Positions 1 through 13,142 of a stretch of DNA of 64,000 nucleotides are shown here, piece after piece. Under the pieces are notes generated by a model. The model had not been told where the DNA came from, searched no databases, and worked only from the letters and a program-made list of their open reading frames with translations. Numbering within the stretch: position 1 is the first letter of the stretch; every line of letters starts with the position of its first letter. The stretch comes from Marsupella aquatica (lineage: Eukaryota > Plantae > Marchantiophyta), in the NCBI GenBank assembly GCA_973895155.1, contig OZ316893.1:7278963-7342962 (forward strand), in the 5' to 3' direction. The position numbers and the translations under genes are program-made.

Positions 1-1339
1 CGGCACTTCAAACCCGAGAGTAAGACGGAAAACGGATACAAGCAGGGGTCGTGCACCAACTTAATCTGCATAGAGCGTCTTAACTTCATACGGACCACCC
101 TACACATGATTGAGCCACGATCCGAGATTTCCCTCTGCACGATCGTGCAGGTGGAACAGTACAAATGGCGGAACTAGGCCCAATTCTTCTACCAAAGATT
201 CTCAGGGGAGCTGAAGCGGGCTCAGGGTGGTATGGCTATTGGGGGGAAGACATACTTGGGAAGCCATATCGTCATTATCCTCGCCTGGTACAAGGCACGG
301 CGGGAGGCCAGAGGAAAGAATATGGCCACCTCAGCCCCGACTAATATCACCCCCGCCCCAGAGGAGGCAACCCCGAGCGCGCGGACTACCATCGCTCGGG
401 CAAACCCCGAGCCGGAAGCCCCGACTAATATTCCGCCACCCGGAAGCCCCGACTAATATTCCGCCACCTCCTCCTGTGGAAATTCCGCCGCCCCCTTCCG
501 TCGAGCCTCCGCTACCCGCAGTACAACCACCCCCAATCCCTCCACCACCTGAAGAAACCTTCCCCTCCCCAGCGCAGACTACGGAGGAGCTCGTTGCCCC
601 GCCCGAGGAACCACCGAGACCCGAAAGGATGGAGGACTACCAAGTAGCCCCGGGGACCATGGCCTACGATCTGGTCCAGAAGTTTAGCCAGACTATGTTT
701 GGGGAGCTGGCGACGTACATCGGACAACAAGTCTCGGCGTACTTTCAACCGGCCTTCTTCATGTTAGAGCACCAACCACAGATCGTCAGCCGCTTGGAAG
801 AAGAACTCATGGCGAAGGGGAATGAGATTGGGCGCCTCCAGATGCTGATAGAGCACCTCGAGGAGGAAGCCACTACCCGCCGCGAGGAGTTAGTCCGCAC
901 CGTCGAACAAAGGGATGGACTAACCCAGGAGTTAAGCGAAGATCAAGCAGATCTCAAGAAGCTGGATGACACCGTGCTTCAATTACGCTCAGAATCTTCG
1001 GCTTGGGTTACCAGCCTGACTGACCTCAACAAACAATTCCTGCAGGCAGCGCAGTAGGTGGCTAGTCTCTCCGCCAAGCGGGATAAATTGCTGGCGCAGG
1101 ACCAGATCCATCGCGACTCCATTAACCAGCTCAACCTGGAGGTAGCGCGGCTCCAGACCGAGGCCGATGAAGCTGCAAATGAGGTGGAGGAGGCGGTACG
1201 GGACAACAAGGCCTTGCAGGACCGTGTTACCCTGCTCGTCCTCCAGTGGGGAAAACCTGGGCCCACCTCTGATCAAGGTGGCTCGAGGTCTCGCCCTGAC
1301 AAGGGGACCAGCCCTGGTCCAACCACAGCACCCACGTAA
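1..1339 (+). pseudogene. Family C LTR-resident ORF (conserved domain, Pro-rich linker, coiled coil), disrupted
   Basis: Frame 1 from base 1 reads ENGYKQGSCTNLICIERLNFIRTTLHMIEPRSEI...IGGKTYLGSHIVIILAWY, matching family A NGF...ERLEF...LHMMEPRGEI...IGGKAYFASHIEIILEWY. A 28-bp tandem duplication (412-467) shifts it into ORF 227..1057. In-frame TAG stops occur at about 175 and 1055. Confidence 0.8.
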
Positions 1340-1557
1340 GGGGTGGTTAGCGAAGGGTGGAAGCAGGCGCCACGCGAGGCAGTTAAGTCAACGGCATCTT
1401 TTGGTTAGGGGCAACGACAGAATGGCTGTCATTAGGCGCCGATTAGCGGCAGTAGGAAGAATTAGGGCCGGATCAGTTAGGATCAGCCAACGTAGGATGG
1501 AGTCCATCAACGGACTTGATTTTTGTCAGTAGGCTTGGCCGCTGCCATCCCGATCGG

Positions 1558-4500
1558 TGTAAGTAGTGGGTATTTCCAAAATCATGAAGAAACTGAAATT
1601 TTTTAAATTTTTTATGGGGTTTAACCTCTAATTGTTGATAACAGAATGGAGATAGCATTCTGTCTACAAGTTACGGTTCCCAAGTTTAAAGTAAGTTTAC
1701 GAGTAAACTCCTGTTACTAGTTACGAGTTACGAGTTACGATTTACGGGGTTGCGACAGTATACTAGTTACGAGTATACTAGTGACGACTTACTAGTTAGG
1801 GCTTTATGAGTTGTGCCTTACGAGTTGGCGACCGATGATCGCGATGTCTTACGGCTACTTCCAACGGGACTTAGCAACGGGATGGCGAACGTGAATTGAA
1901 GAAAAGGCAAATTAGACTTTGGGCGCTCACTCCTGACTTAATTCCTGCCACCTCTGTTGATTCTACCAGCTTCCCCACTCCTTAGCGCACTCAACATAAC
2001 GGATGAGAGCTATGGCAAACCTCGGCATTGATGAACAGTACCGAGTTGACACTCTGGCAATTCCTAAGAGCATAGTCGCCCGAATTCCACCAGCGCCCGA
2101 TAGCTATGCAAATTTACGGACTTCCTTACAGCAGCTAGGTTTGCAGCATCTACTTGCCGTTCCTTGGGAAGTAGAGCTCGACACATATTTGCAGGATTTT
2201 GTAAAGGGGTCAGTGCTTGCTCCTGAATTTTGACGGACTATTCGAGCTCGACCCAGCTTATGGACTGTGGAACAAATTGCTTATGCCTTCCGCTGCCCTT
2301 CAGAAGGAGAAGGATTGTATTCGAAGAAGAAAGATTTATCTACACCTTACTTCTCTGGGACTTGCAATCTCACCAATGGCTGGAATTTAACACAGTGTAT
2401 TTATCCAGATTTGAGAGTGCTTCTGGAATTTCTAGTACCCATTTTACACCCGAAGAAGCCAACCATCTGTCCAGTGGCTTTGGTGAATACAATTGTAGCC
2501 GCACACAGTGGATCTGTCCAGGTGAATTGGGCCCTGCTAATTTTCAATGTGATGAAGGATCAGGTGAGGTCATGAAGGCAGGTAGACCCACTCATCTGCA
2601 GATTTATTTGTCTCAACTCTATCATGCTTATGATTGTTTATATCCAGAGGAGAAAACGGAAAGAGGGCTGCTCCTGATTGAGTTAGGCATTGAAGAAGAC
2701 CTAAGTATGGAAGAACCAGTGGATGCTGTTCCCCTGGATTCTCATGATCAGAATGTGGGTGCTGAGATGGAATTAGATAGGACACCTGCTCATAACTTAG
2801 AGTTGGTTCGACACCCTCTGCATAACGTGGTGTATTCACCAAGAGTTAATATGAGAGATCAACCTGGAGCTGGAGAAGACAGAGATTCTCCTGAGCAATC
2901 AGCCGACGTTGTTGAACTGGCTCTTGCAACTGTCAACCTAAGGACCAACTCCTCCACACCTCCGAAAGCGGAAGCGAATTAGCAACTCATTGATAAGTTG
3001 ACATCTCTTCTTAGTTGCAGTGATGATGGTCTTTTCGATGCTGTCAATGATTTAAGAATGGAAGCTGTCAGTTTGAAGTCACCATTCCCTGACCAATTAA
3101 GCCCTATCAGGATGACCTCTCCTCCAGGAGAGTCAACACCAATGGAATATGTGACTCTCACCCCTGCTGCTCAACAGACCCCCTTTCAATCAGGTGACCT
3201 TGTTCCATTAACAGACAATATTAGCTGTGCAGCTATTGTGGATGATCTACTGGAGATATTGCAGTGTGATCCTTGGCAGATAGTCTCTGTAGTTGGCAAC
3301 CTGGTGCAGCGATGTCCCACTGCTACCCCTTCTCCTAGTCCACGTTTTCCCCCTTACAGTCCTGACTCCAGCTATGAACCCACTGAAGGACCGCCCTACC
3401 ATCAGTCATAGTATGAGCATCCTTATGTTCGAAAGGATCTTCCTGAAGACTCTGATCCGCCCTCAGATGGTGACACTTATAGATCCTATGAAAATTCTCT
3501 TGGGTCATCCCCAAGGCAAGGATTTGAGAATGTTGATGTAATTCTAAAATCAAAACCAAATTTAGTGGCAGTGGTCACCTCGTCCACCCAAACCCCCAGG
3601 AATGCTACTATCGAAAGCAGGTACCCTAGACGTCCTGAGTCAGAAGTGCACAGGTATGCCACCACTTGCAAAATAATGCAGGCCAACAGACCACCGGTTG
3701 GAGAGTTCTGGAGATACTACTATCTAAAGAAGACTGAGGCAAGCTACATCTTCGATCTTAGGTGTCTTGGTACTTCTAGAGTGGAAATGGCACAATTTGA
3801 TGAGTTCTGGATTGACTCAATATACTTTCGGCCTATTCTTGCTATGATGCTACTCCAAGGTGATGTAGAGGTAGAGGATTCAGACTTAGTTCTGGCATAC
3901 TTTGGAAACTTTGCAGCCTATGCCTTGGATTTTGTGGTTTCCTTCCTGATGCAGAGCAAGAAGTCTACTGCTCTACAACACGATTACATACCACAAGGAC
4001 CCAAGGTTACCCTTGTTTCAACCAGTACATTGGCTGAGAAACAGAGGATCTGGAATAATGTCACTTCTCAGACTCTAGCTGAATTCAACCGATACTTCAG
4101 AGATGTCAGATGGAGGCTTCGACCCTTCTATTCCAGGATGATGAGTAGTGATGAGTTCCTGTTTCATTATTCCCAAGTGTATGCTGCTACCTGCAACAAC
4201 TATGATGTGATCGGGATGTACAGAGAAGCTCTTCGTATAGATTCATGTTATTTGATGAAGAGAATGCCTTTGATGTACCCTGAGAGACAACTAAGGTGCC
4301 TACCATACTCCAGAGGATCCCCACGCCAAGCTGAACTGATGGAGGTTACTCAAAACCGAATTGTTACCCTTGTGGAGTTGCTGGAACCAGACGACATCCG
4401 ACAGCAAGCTTGAAGAAGTCTTTAAGTGTTCTTAATTAGTTTTTAGAGTAGTGCATCTTATCTGATTTTTAGAAATGTGTTCTAGAGCTTTGGAAGCTGT

Positions 4501-5644
4501 CATACTTCTTTAGTGTATAGTCTGTACCTAGGAAAACCACCCGGCAAAATCTCAGAGTTTTCTGACTTATAGTTAGGAAGTTAAAAATAGTTGAATTCAT
4601 CAAGTCTTTACTTTACCGCGATTACGAGTTACGACTTAGCTTTTACTAGTTTAAGAGTTACTAGTTTACGATTACGAGTTCCGATAGACAGCCGATTACG
4701 AGTTAATAGTTTACTAGTTACGAGTTCATACTTAGCCATTTTTCCGGCTTTTCACTTACTGAATCGCCATTTAAAAATTTTGAGGGGTATGAAGAGGCAT
4801 GTCTCTTCGACCCTGTGACCTCTCACTCAGTAGATTTTGACTATAAGATAGCTCTACCACTAGTGTAGATGATGGTTAAGTTATGCATTTTTGCCTTTTC
4901 CTTGTGTTAAACTAGTTGATCATGAATCTATGAGTTCGAGATCAGGTTTAACATTTGGAGAGACTTACCTCCTTCTTGTGTTTTTTTTACCTATGATTAT
5001 AAACACAGGAAGTAAAATTCCTTTTGTGCAAATCTTTTGAGTTGTGATGACAGATTCCTTGTTGGTGACTCATTGCAATCTCCTGAGTTCTTAAAGTTAA
5101 CTCATTGAGTTTAAGTCTCATTGAAATTGATGGATCTTCTTTCGTGTTGCTTAGTACCATCTAAATGTTGAAGTAGCTACCTTTTAGATCTTATCTGAGT
5201 ACCACTTAGAAAGAAAGGATAAGACATGTCGACGGCATTTTAAAAGAGTACTCTAGTAAACATTTTTTTAGACTGAAAAGTAATATGGATTTGAATCCTT
5301 AAGTCTTTTCATTTTGACTTATGTCTAAGGAGTAACCTTGGTCTATTCCAGACTCCCTTAGCATACTTTGAGATATTTTTCCTTGTGTTTTGTTAATCAT
5401 TTCCTTTTCATTAATTTATGGTTACATGATGCTGAGTTGTCATTAAAGACCACTCACCGCTGTGGAGCGATCTTCAAAATACCTTAGTAAAGTAATCAAT
5501 CCTGATTACTATGTGTTAAAGAGAGTTCTTAAACTCTCATTTGTGTTTTTATGTATCAAATCAACCCCATCTTGTTCTTTACGGGAACGAATACCGAGTT
5601 TGAAGACCTATAAATGTCTTTTTGGTTCTTCATAGCAAACTACA
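1558..5644 (+). mobile_element. Family D solo-LTR-like unit (4087 bp) nested in family C
   Basis: Termini TGTAAGT...AACTACA. Flanks ATCGG (1553-1557) and GTCGG (5645-5649) form a 5-bp TSD with one mismatch. GC-rich C-type sequence resumes right after 5644. Confidence 0.7.
2003..4413 (+). pseudogene. Family D LTR-resident ORF (about 800 codons), disrupted
   Basis: ORFs 2003..2233 and 2267..2575 share a frame. After one frameshift near 2570, the end of 2230..2982, 2998..3411 and 3565..4413 share a frame. N-terminal LQQLGLQHLLAVPW...QDFV...WTVEQIAYAFRCP...NGW...C..PDLRVLLEFL..ILHP matches the A/B domain. Confidence 0.65.
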
Positions 5645-6727
5645 GTCGGCACCCTTGTCGTCGACGGTCAACCAGTCAGTGCGGCACGACCAGTAGTCAG
5701 AAGGTAGTTAGGCAGTAGGTAGTATCCCGGAAGGTAGCATCCTCCGGTTCTCTTCCGCAAACTGTAGTATTTAGGCTTCCCCTTCTGCTATGGAAGGGGG
5801 AGAAGGCTTAGTTATCTCAGCAGAAGATAGGTGAGGCACGGGGAGTCCCGGCCTGAGCAGGGTCAGAGCGCACCAAGGAGTGAGAGCCAGAGTCGAGCTT
5901 GCTGGGCAAGTGCGAGGCGGGGCCTCGTAGAGACTGGGCATCGACTGTCGTTGGGCCTGCTAACCCCCTTTGAAGTCGAGTCAACCATGTAAACTGATGC
6001 TTCGCTGAGTAAATGTAGTCTTTTCCACCTAATGTTTCCGCAAGTAACTGGTGTTGTGAGTATGCTTTGTCTGGGCAAAGGCACCATTTTAAGGGACGTA
6101 CTGGGTGCGGACTAATGGTAGGGATTGCCACCCATTGTATGTCACAAGGTTCTTTCGCGTCGATGGCTTGAAAAGCCCCAAGCCGGGAGTTAGTCCGAGT
6201 CACTAACTGAGGGAGGATTCCAGCGGTGGAAGATAAAAGATACCTATGACTAGTACGAATTGCTTAAATGTCATGCCAGTAAGTATATCGGCTTAGTCTG
6301 ACTTAGGGCTAATCGGGGCCACTACACACCTCCTTGCCCGAACCCTCACCCCTACTAGTGGTCGAGGTCGCACCATGGCACTAAACTGGATTTAAGGCCC
6401 AGGTTAGGGACGCGACAGTCGTCTAACTCAAATTTGTGAAAAGTTGGACCTCAATTCCAAAGCCAAACCTTTCCTTGAGGGGTTGAAGTAGGTCTCTCCT
6501 TGCTATCAGATTTTCTCAATACGAATCCATTTATGGTTTTATTCCTCTTTCACTATTGAGTTTGATGAGGGACCATAACATCTTTACATGCACCTTGGCA
6601 TGATTCAAGCTTAATATACTTCAAAGATGCCTAAATAATCATTCAAGGTCCTCAACATGGTCATTGAAAACCATTTTTTTGTATTAGATAATTTTTACAT
6701 CCTTAAGGGCGTAACCCCTCTATTACA

Positions 6728-8043
6728 CCGAGGCTAGGGCCCGAGCAGCTTTAGCAGAACAGGCCGGGCTCAGAAAGGACGCCGAGATTGCACGGCTCCG
6801 GGCCAAGATTGACGGTTTGAAGGGACAAACCGTCAGTTGGCAAAAGGATCTGGAAAAAGTTGACTCTAGATCTCAGCGGGACACAACCGAGATTGACACC
6901 CTGAAGATAGAGGTGGCGCGGCTTCAAGTAGAAGCCACAAAACAGGCCCAGTTGGTGCATAAGCTAATGAGCGACACCCAGCAACTGGAGGAGGCATGCC
7001 AGGAGGCCGCGGAAGAGGCGGACGCGGCAAAGCGGGAGAATGAATCTCTGCTGGACCAGGTCCAGCTACTCAAGTAGGACACTGACAGACTCAGAAGGCA
7101 GCAGGATAGCCGCTCCCACTCGGGCGGCTCTGGCAAGTGTGCCAGGCATTAGCGGCTGAGTAGGATTAAAATAGAGTTAGGAGTAGCTAGATTAGGCTAT
7201 AGGGACAAGTACCTGCCCTAGTTAAAGGAGCACTGCCATGTTGTACAACCTGCGTAGATTAGGATCTTCTAATAAGACAATCCATTTTCCGGCCTGACAG
7301 CAGCTTAGTTAGGACCTTAGTTAGCAAATCTTTGGGCGTGAGGGCACTCCGTTCCTCGGCCCTTAGTATTTAGTGCACCCCTCGATAGAGGCAGGGGGGT
7401 TTTTAGTCTCAGTGTTGGACATCCGCGGTATGTGCGGGGAGTCCCAACCTCTAGGAGTGAAAGAGTACCAAGGGGGGGTGTAGGACTAAGCTCGCTGGGC
7501 GAGTGCGGAGCCGGGCTCCGTTGTAGTGTACACCCTCGGCCTTGGACCTGTTCATTCTAGAGCTTTTGGGTCAACTAAGTGTACGCATATGTCTCCTATG
7601 TAGTAAAATCCTTTGCCATTATTTCCTTCATGTAAATCGAGATTGTATGCTTGTGCGTATGTATATGTGTGAATCTCGTGTATAGGTGCCAATGCTTGGC
7701 CGAACGCACTACCCAAGTCGTGCACGGGGTGCAGCTCGCGGGTAAGTGGTTGGGAGCCCGGATTGAGTACCCATACCATCGAATCCGGATCAAAGGCGGA
7801 CAACACGAAGGTTTAGAAGCCCGTAAGCCGGGGTCGATCCTGCTATTGATTGAGGTACGTTCTGGCGGCGGAACACAAACCATACCTAAGAGGTGTCCGT
7901 ATATGACAATAGGCGCACTTAGCGCTAGTTTATGTGAGTTAGGTGCATTTTGTGCCTCCCTCCCTGCCCGAACCCTCATTTTGACGAAGAATGTGTCTGT
8001 CTAAGCCAAAGCCTAGGTTAAGGCCTAGGCTGACGACGTGACA
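6728..8043 (+). mobile_element. 5'-truncated, diverged family A-like LTR fragment (A')
   Basis: Encodes the A C-terminus (WQKDLEK...TQQLEEACQEAAEEADAAKRENESLLDQVQLLK), follows the A 3' non-coding region and ends GACGACGTGACA at 8043. Left boundary approximate; no matching TSD. Confidence 0.85.
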
Positions 8044-9772
8044 CCTCACATTTAGGCAAACAATACTATGTATCATTTATCGATGATTACTCAAGGTTTG
8101 TTTGGATTTACTTCATTGCCCATAAGTTTGAAGTGCTCTCCATCTTCAAATAATGGGTAGCTCAAGTTGAGACACAGACTACAAAGAATGTGAGATATCT
8201 ACGATCAGATAATGGTGGTGAATACACCTCTGGCAAGTTCAACATGTATTGTGCAAATAAGGGAATTACTCACCATCTCACAATTGTGTACACTCTTGAG
8301 CAAAATGGTGTTGCTGAGCGACTCAACCACACATTGTTGGAGCGAGAAAAGAGCATGTTGAGCCACTCTAAATTGCCACAAATATTTTGGGCAGAAGCTG
8401 TCAACACTGCTGCTTATCTAGTAAATCTCTCTCCTAGTCGGGCAATCACTTATAAAACCTCCTTTGAGCTATGGCATAATCAACCTGTTGATTATTCAAA
8501 GCTTAGGGTTTTTGGCTGTGAAGCTTATGCACATGGTCCTAGGGACTAAGCTAGACCCTAGCTTAGCCCAAAAATGCATTTTTCTTGGTATCAGCGTAAA
8601 GTTAAAGGTTATCAATTGTGGGATTCAATTGATTGCAAGTTACTTGTTAGTTGGGATGTATCCTTCAATGAAGAAAAATCAAGAGAAAACCATTGAAGGA
8701 GGGGGAGATAGTTCAATTCCCTACTACTAACAAAGAGCAATCTCCTCCTCTAGAGGATTTAAGGGGAAAGAATGAGTTAGATGAAGAGTATGATGACACC
8801 ACTATAAGGCAAAGCACACTACAATCAGATCAGCCAGAATCTTCAATGCAAAGAGGAACTCGCAAACTTGGCTTCCTTCTGATCAAGTGGATTTGGATGA
8901 AGAATCTATTGATGCATTGGTAATAGAAGATGGAGATCCATCCTCATTTTGAGAGGTCCTAGCTACTATGGAGAAGCAAGAGTGGCAGCGGCAATGCGCA
9001 TGGAAATGAAATCACTTCATGATAATAAGACTTGGGAACTCACAAGTCTACCTAGTGACAAGCAGGCTGTTGACAACAAGTGGGTGTATAGGAAGAAAGA
9101 TGGACCCACAGGATGCTGAGAAGATATTTAAGGCTCGGTTGGTAGCCAAGGGTTTTACTCAACAGAAAGGTATAGACTACAATCAGGTTTTTTCACCCGT
9201 AACAAAGTATTCAACAATACATTTGCTATGTGCTCTTGTAGTTTTATTTGATTTGGTTTTAGATCAAATGGATGTTGTCAGACATTCTTATACGGATCGT
9301 TGGATGAGGTGATTTATATGAGACATCCAGAGGGTTTTGTGCAAAAAGGCAAGGAAAATCTGGTATGTAGATTGCTAAAATCCTTGTGTGGATTAAAGTA
9401 GAGCCCAAGGCAATGGAACAAGCGTTTTGATGAATTTTTGAAATTGCTTGGATTTGTGCAAAGCGTGTACGTACGATCCATATGTTTACATTAGGCATGT
9501 GATCAGGCATGTGAACAACACATGTTTTAAGTTTGTCATCCTTGTACTTTATGTGGATGACATGTTCATTGCAGCAAAGGATAGGGGAAAAGTTGATAAG
9601 CTTAAGGCCCAACTCAGTTCTGAGTTTAAGATGAAGGATTTGGGCACAGCCAAGAGGATCCTAGGTATGGAGATTGTCAGGGATGTGAACAAAGCCAAAC
9701 TTTGGCTGACATAGAAAAGATATGCAGAGAAGGTGCTCTCAAAATTCAACATGGCAGATGCTAAGGCTGTGA
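8044..9772 (+). pseudogene. Copia pol, integrase and reverse transcriptase part
   Basis: FIDDYSR, LRSDNGGEY, EQNGVAERLNHTL, FWAEAVNTAAYLVN; RT motifs FKARLVAKGFTQQKGIDY, QMDV, LYVDDM, FKMKDLG. Many stops and frameshifts. Confidence 0.95.
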
Positions 9773-12700
9773 AACACGATTTCGGACCGACCGAGAAGTG
9801 TGTCGGAGTTCTCGTTTAGCCCAATCCTGTTTTTTTTCTAAGGCAATGCAATGACCGATAAAACTGGCAAAAACTCTCCGAAACGCCACTTTCCTCCATT
9901 GCATCGCCGTGGGAATGCAGGGAGCGATACGTGCATCGGGTTTTACATTCCGTCAGTGAAAAAGTCTGAACTGCAAGTAACTTGGTCCGAACCGCGTAAT
10001 CCAGGAACGACCACGCACTAACCCAGGTAAAGGGGAAACTTAACCATGGTTAAGGGGAAATTAACCATGGTTTAGAGCATCTCCTATATAAAGAGGAGCG
10101 GGCTGCCCATAAAACGTTTGCTTTCGCTAGAGCAAATATCTCCTGACTGAGAGCGAATACCAAACTCCCATCGAGTCTTACATTCATCCCAAACGATTCG
10201 ACTCTTTCTACCGAAAACCCGATAAATTTATCGGAACAGCCATTCCTGTTCAAGTTCTCCATGTAAGACTAACTAGTCATTTAGTGTAAAATATCCAGAT
10301 CCGAGCGGACTGCGATAAATTTATCATATTCTGCATTCCTCCGTTGCAATCATTTGATCCAGTGTTTAGAGAGGTGTTGCCTTCATTCCGATAAATTTAT
10401 CGGAGTCTTCATTCCTTTCATGGAAAGAGGAGTAATTGAGAATCCGATAAATTTATCGGAGTTGTCATTTTTGTGAAAGATTGAATTCAGGGGTTAGGTG
10501 TCTGAGGAAGTCATATTTTCAATTCGAATGCGGAGTGCGATAAACTTATCGCATCCTCCTGTGAGAATAATTTTCCTTTGTTTTGTTTGGAGACTCATCT
10601 TCATCTCTGATGTCGCACTGTTGCTGGGTTTAGGAGGCACAACGGAAGGTTGATTGCACTCCGTGGACAATAGGTATTGTGACAAATGGCTGTCTTCCTT
10701 GAAAATCGTGTCAAACGTGCACGCCGGTTGTACAAGAGACTCGTGCGACTCAAAGTTCTCCCCATCGGTATAGGAGCATTGTGGATGGGTGGTACTGATC
10801 CTGGAGATAGGCAAAATCCTCTCCGCATTGAATTCTGCGGAATGAATGATGCAGGAGTTCCAATTCGTTCGAGGTTGATGTTAACGGCGTGTTTACATTC
10901 TTTGGAGTTTTCTTGTAACTATTGTTGTCGTCGTCTTGACAACAAGTACCACAAACAGGCTCACTTCTGTTGTAAGATTTGGAACGAAGACCCTTGGGTG
11001 AACCTTTCACGATGAGTGTTTCGACCTTTTCATTGAGGCGCGTCTTGTAAGGACATATTTAAATAAACAAGTCCTACCCTTGCGCAGCGAATATAATATG
11101 TCACGAGTCCTAATCGTTAAACTGTCGTGTAGGGTTGGTACTGTGGATGTGTTTGGTTACACCTGGTGATTGAAGGTATTTTTATTGGTGGTTTTGGTAG
11201 CTCTGCTTCATGGCTGCATCAGAGAATCTAATCGTTGCAAAGATGGGATCCATTTTAGCCCACGAGCGTAGGAAATATATTCGAGAAAAAATGCCCGGTG
11301 TGGAATGCGGAAGTTTGTTGAATCTCACATTTGGCCCCTCCTAGCCTTGTCTTGCACACAAGATGAACACCTTGGCCTTGACCTAAAACTTCTACCAGAA
11401 GAATGACTGACTCGAATGAGAACAATCATTTGTCTTGGAGCCACCTCAAAGAAATGGAACCATCTTGTTGTTGGTACACGATTTTGGGCGCTATTGAAAT
11501 ATGCAGTCCGTGAGATCAATGACATAAACAAAATGCTCGCAAGCATTCCTAATGCCGACCTTCTCTCAAACATACATATTGCTAGGGTCTTCCGAGAGGA
11601 AACTCATTTCCTCCCTCCCATAGATATGCTTGGGTGCTTTTCGTATGAGCAGTTAGATCAGTTTCATAGAGTTTGGATAAATCTTGGAGAAAGTGGGAAG
11701 CGGACAATTCTTGCATGGCATGGACGAGTCTGAGTGGATGAGGCATTGTTGCAAACATCCGATAAATTTATCGCACTCCTCATTCCTCTAGTCAATTTTG
11801 GGTGCTCTAAGGTTTGCTCGAGAAGAGCTTGTAAAGAAACACTTTGAATGTAATTGACTCTGCCTCCCCTGACTTCGGGTTGTGTGGTTCAGAGTGTATT
11901 TATCTGATGTTGGTATTGCAAAAGTGGTTCCTTCATATGGAAGTTGCAATTTGAAATTGAAGCGATAAATTTATCTGATGTTGATATTGCAAAAGTGGTT
12001 CCTTCATATGGAAGTTGCAATTTGAAATTGAAGCGATAAATTTATCTGATGTTGATATTGCAAAAGTGGTTCCTTCATATGGAAGTTGCAATTTGAAATT
12101 GAAGCGATAAATTTATCTGATGTTGGTATTGCAAAAGTGGTTCCTTCATATGGAAGTTGCAATTTTGAAATTGAAGCAATAAATTTATCTGATGGTGGTA
12201 TTGCAAAAGTGGTTCCTTCATATGGAAGTTGCAATTTGAAATTGAAGCGATAAATTTATCTGATGTTGGTATTGCAAAAGTGGTTCCTTCATATGGAAGT
12301 TGCAATTTGAAATTGAAGCGATAAATTTATCTGATGTTGGTATTGCAAAAGTGGTTCCTTCATATGGAAGTTGCAATTTGAAATTGAAGCGATAAATTTA
12401 TCTAATGTTGGTATTGCAAAAGTGGTTCCTTCATATGGAAGTTGCAATTTTGAAATTGAAGCGATAAATTTATCTGATGTTGGTATTGCGAAGAGTTTTC
12501 TTCATATGGATAGGAATTTTGAAATTTAACCGATGAACCGAAGGATCTTAGTATTGTCGACTAGTATTTTTGTCGCCCGTAGTTTTTGCGATAATTTTAT
12601 CGGACTGCGCATTGTTGTTGAAAGAATGGCATGTTGACTATCATGGTCACTTGTGGAGGTAACTGGTCAATTGCGGAGGTAACTGCAAGGTAAGTTTGAT

Positions 12701-13142
12701 GAACCGTGCAGTAATTCTTATCGACTGTGATGTAAAATATTTTTGGTAAATATCCAAAAACTGAGGAGACTGAGATTGGGTTGGAGCTTTCGTGGCTCAA
12801 ATCCGGAGTCCGATACAATTATCGCACTTGGCTCGAAACGTGGATATAGATTTATAGATAAGACCTTTCATATATCTTTGGAGAGCGTGAATATGAGGTT
12901 GAGGAGAAAGTTTTTCGGATCTAATTGTTCCTTGATAATATGAATGTTTGTTAGCATGAATTTCATTGGTTTTGATCATTATTAAATTTGCTGTTTCAAT
13001 CCGAACTCCGATACGAATTACATTATTTCCCCGAAAACGTGTTTTTGATGAAAAAAACTGTCGATTTCGCGAGATTCGGTGGAAAATGAAATTACACTTC
13101 TCGTTTAGAGGAAATAGTTCTCGTTCGGTCCGAAATCGTGTT
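9773..13142. mobile_element. 3.37-kb non-autonomous TIR DNA element inserted in copia RT
   Basis: TIRs AACACGATTTCGGACCGACCGAGAA / TTCTCGTTCGGTCCGAAATCGTGTT (24/25). Exact TSD GTGA (9769-9772, 13143-13146). Removing it restores copia AKAVSVPLA. No transposase motif seen. Confidence 0.9.
11900..12510. repeat. Tandem array, 71-bp unit, about 8.5 copies
   Basis: Unit ATCTGATGTTGGTATTGCAAAAGTGGTTCCTTCATATGGAAGTTGCAATTTGAAATTGAAGCGATAAATTT, near-identical copies, no unique spacers. Junctions form the palindrome GATAAATTTATC. Confidence 0.95.

Larger units (their letters stand above)
1..6417 (+). mobile_element. Family C LTR-like unit (left end outside window), related to family A; interrupted by family D unit
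   Basis: Ends ...GGGACGCGACA (6417). Its right end resembles family A (TGCCCGAACCCTCA ... TTAAGGCC ... GACA). The encoded protein aligns by eye with the family A protein. TSD cannot be checked because the left end is missing. Confidence 0.7.

Noticed and set aside
11900-12510. CRISPR-like look of the 71-bp array (also the 73- and 65-bp arrays)
   Set aside because: Whole units are repeated with no unique spacers, there are no cas genes, and the context is eukaryotic. ORFs over the array are repeat artefacts.
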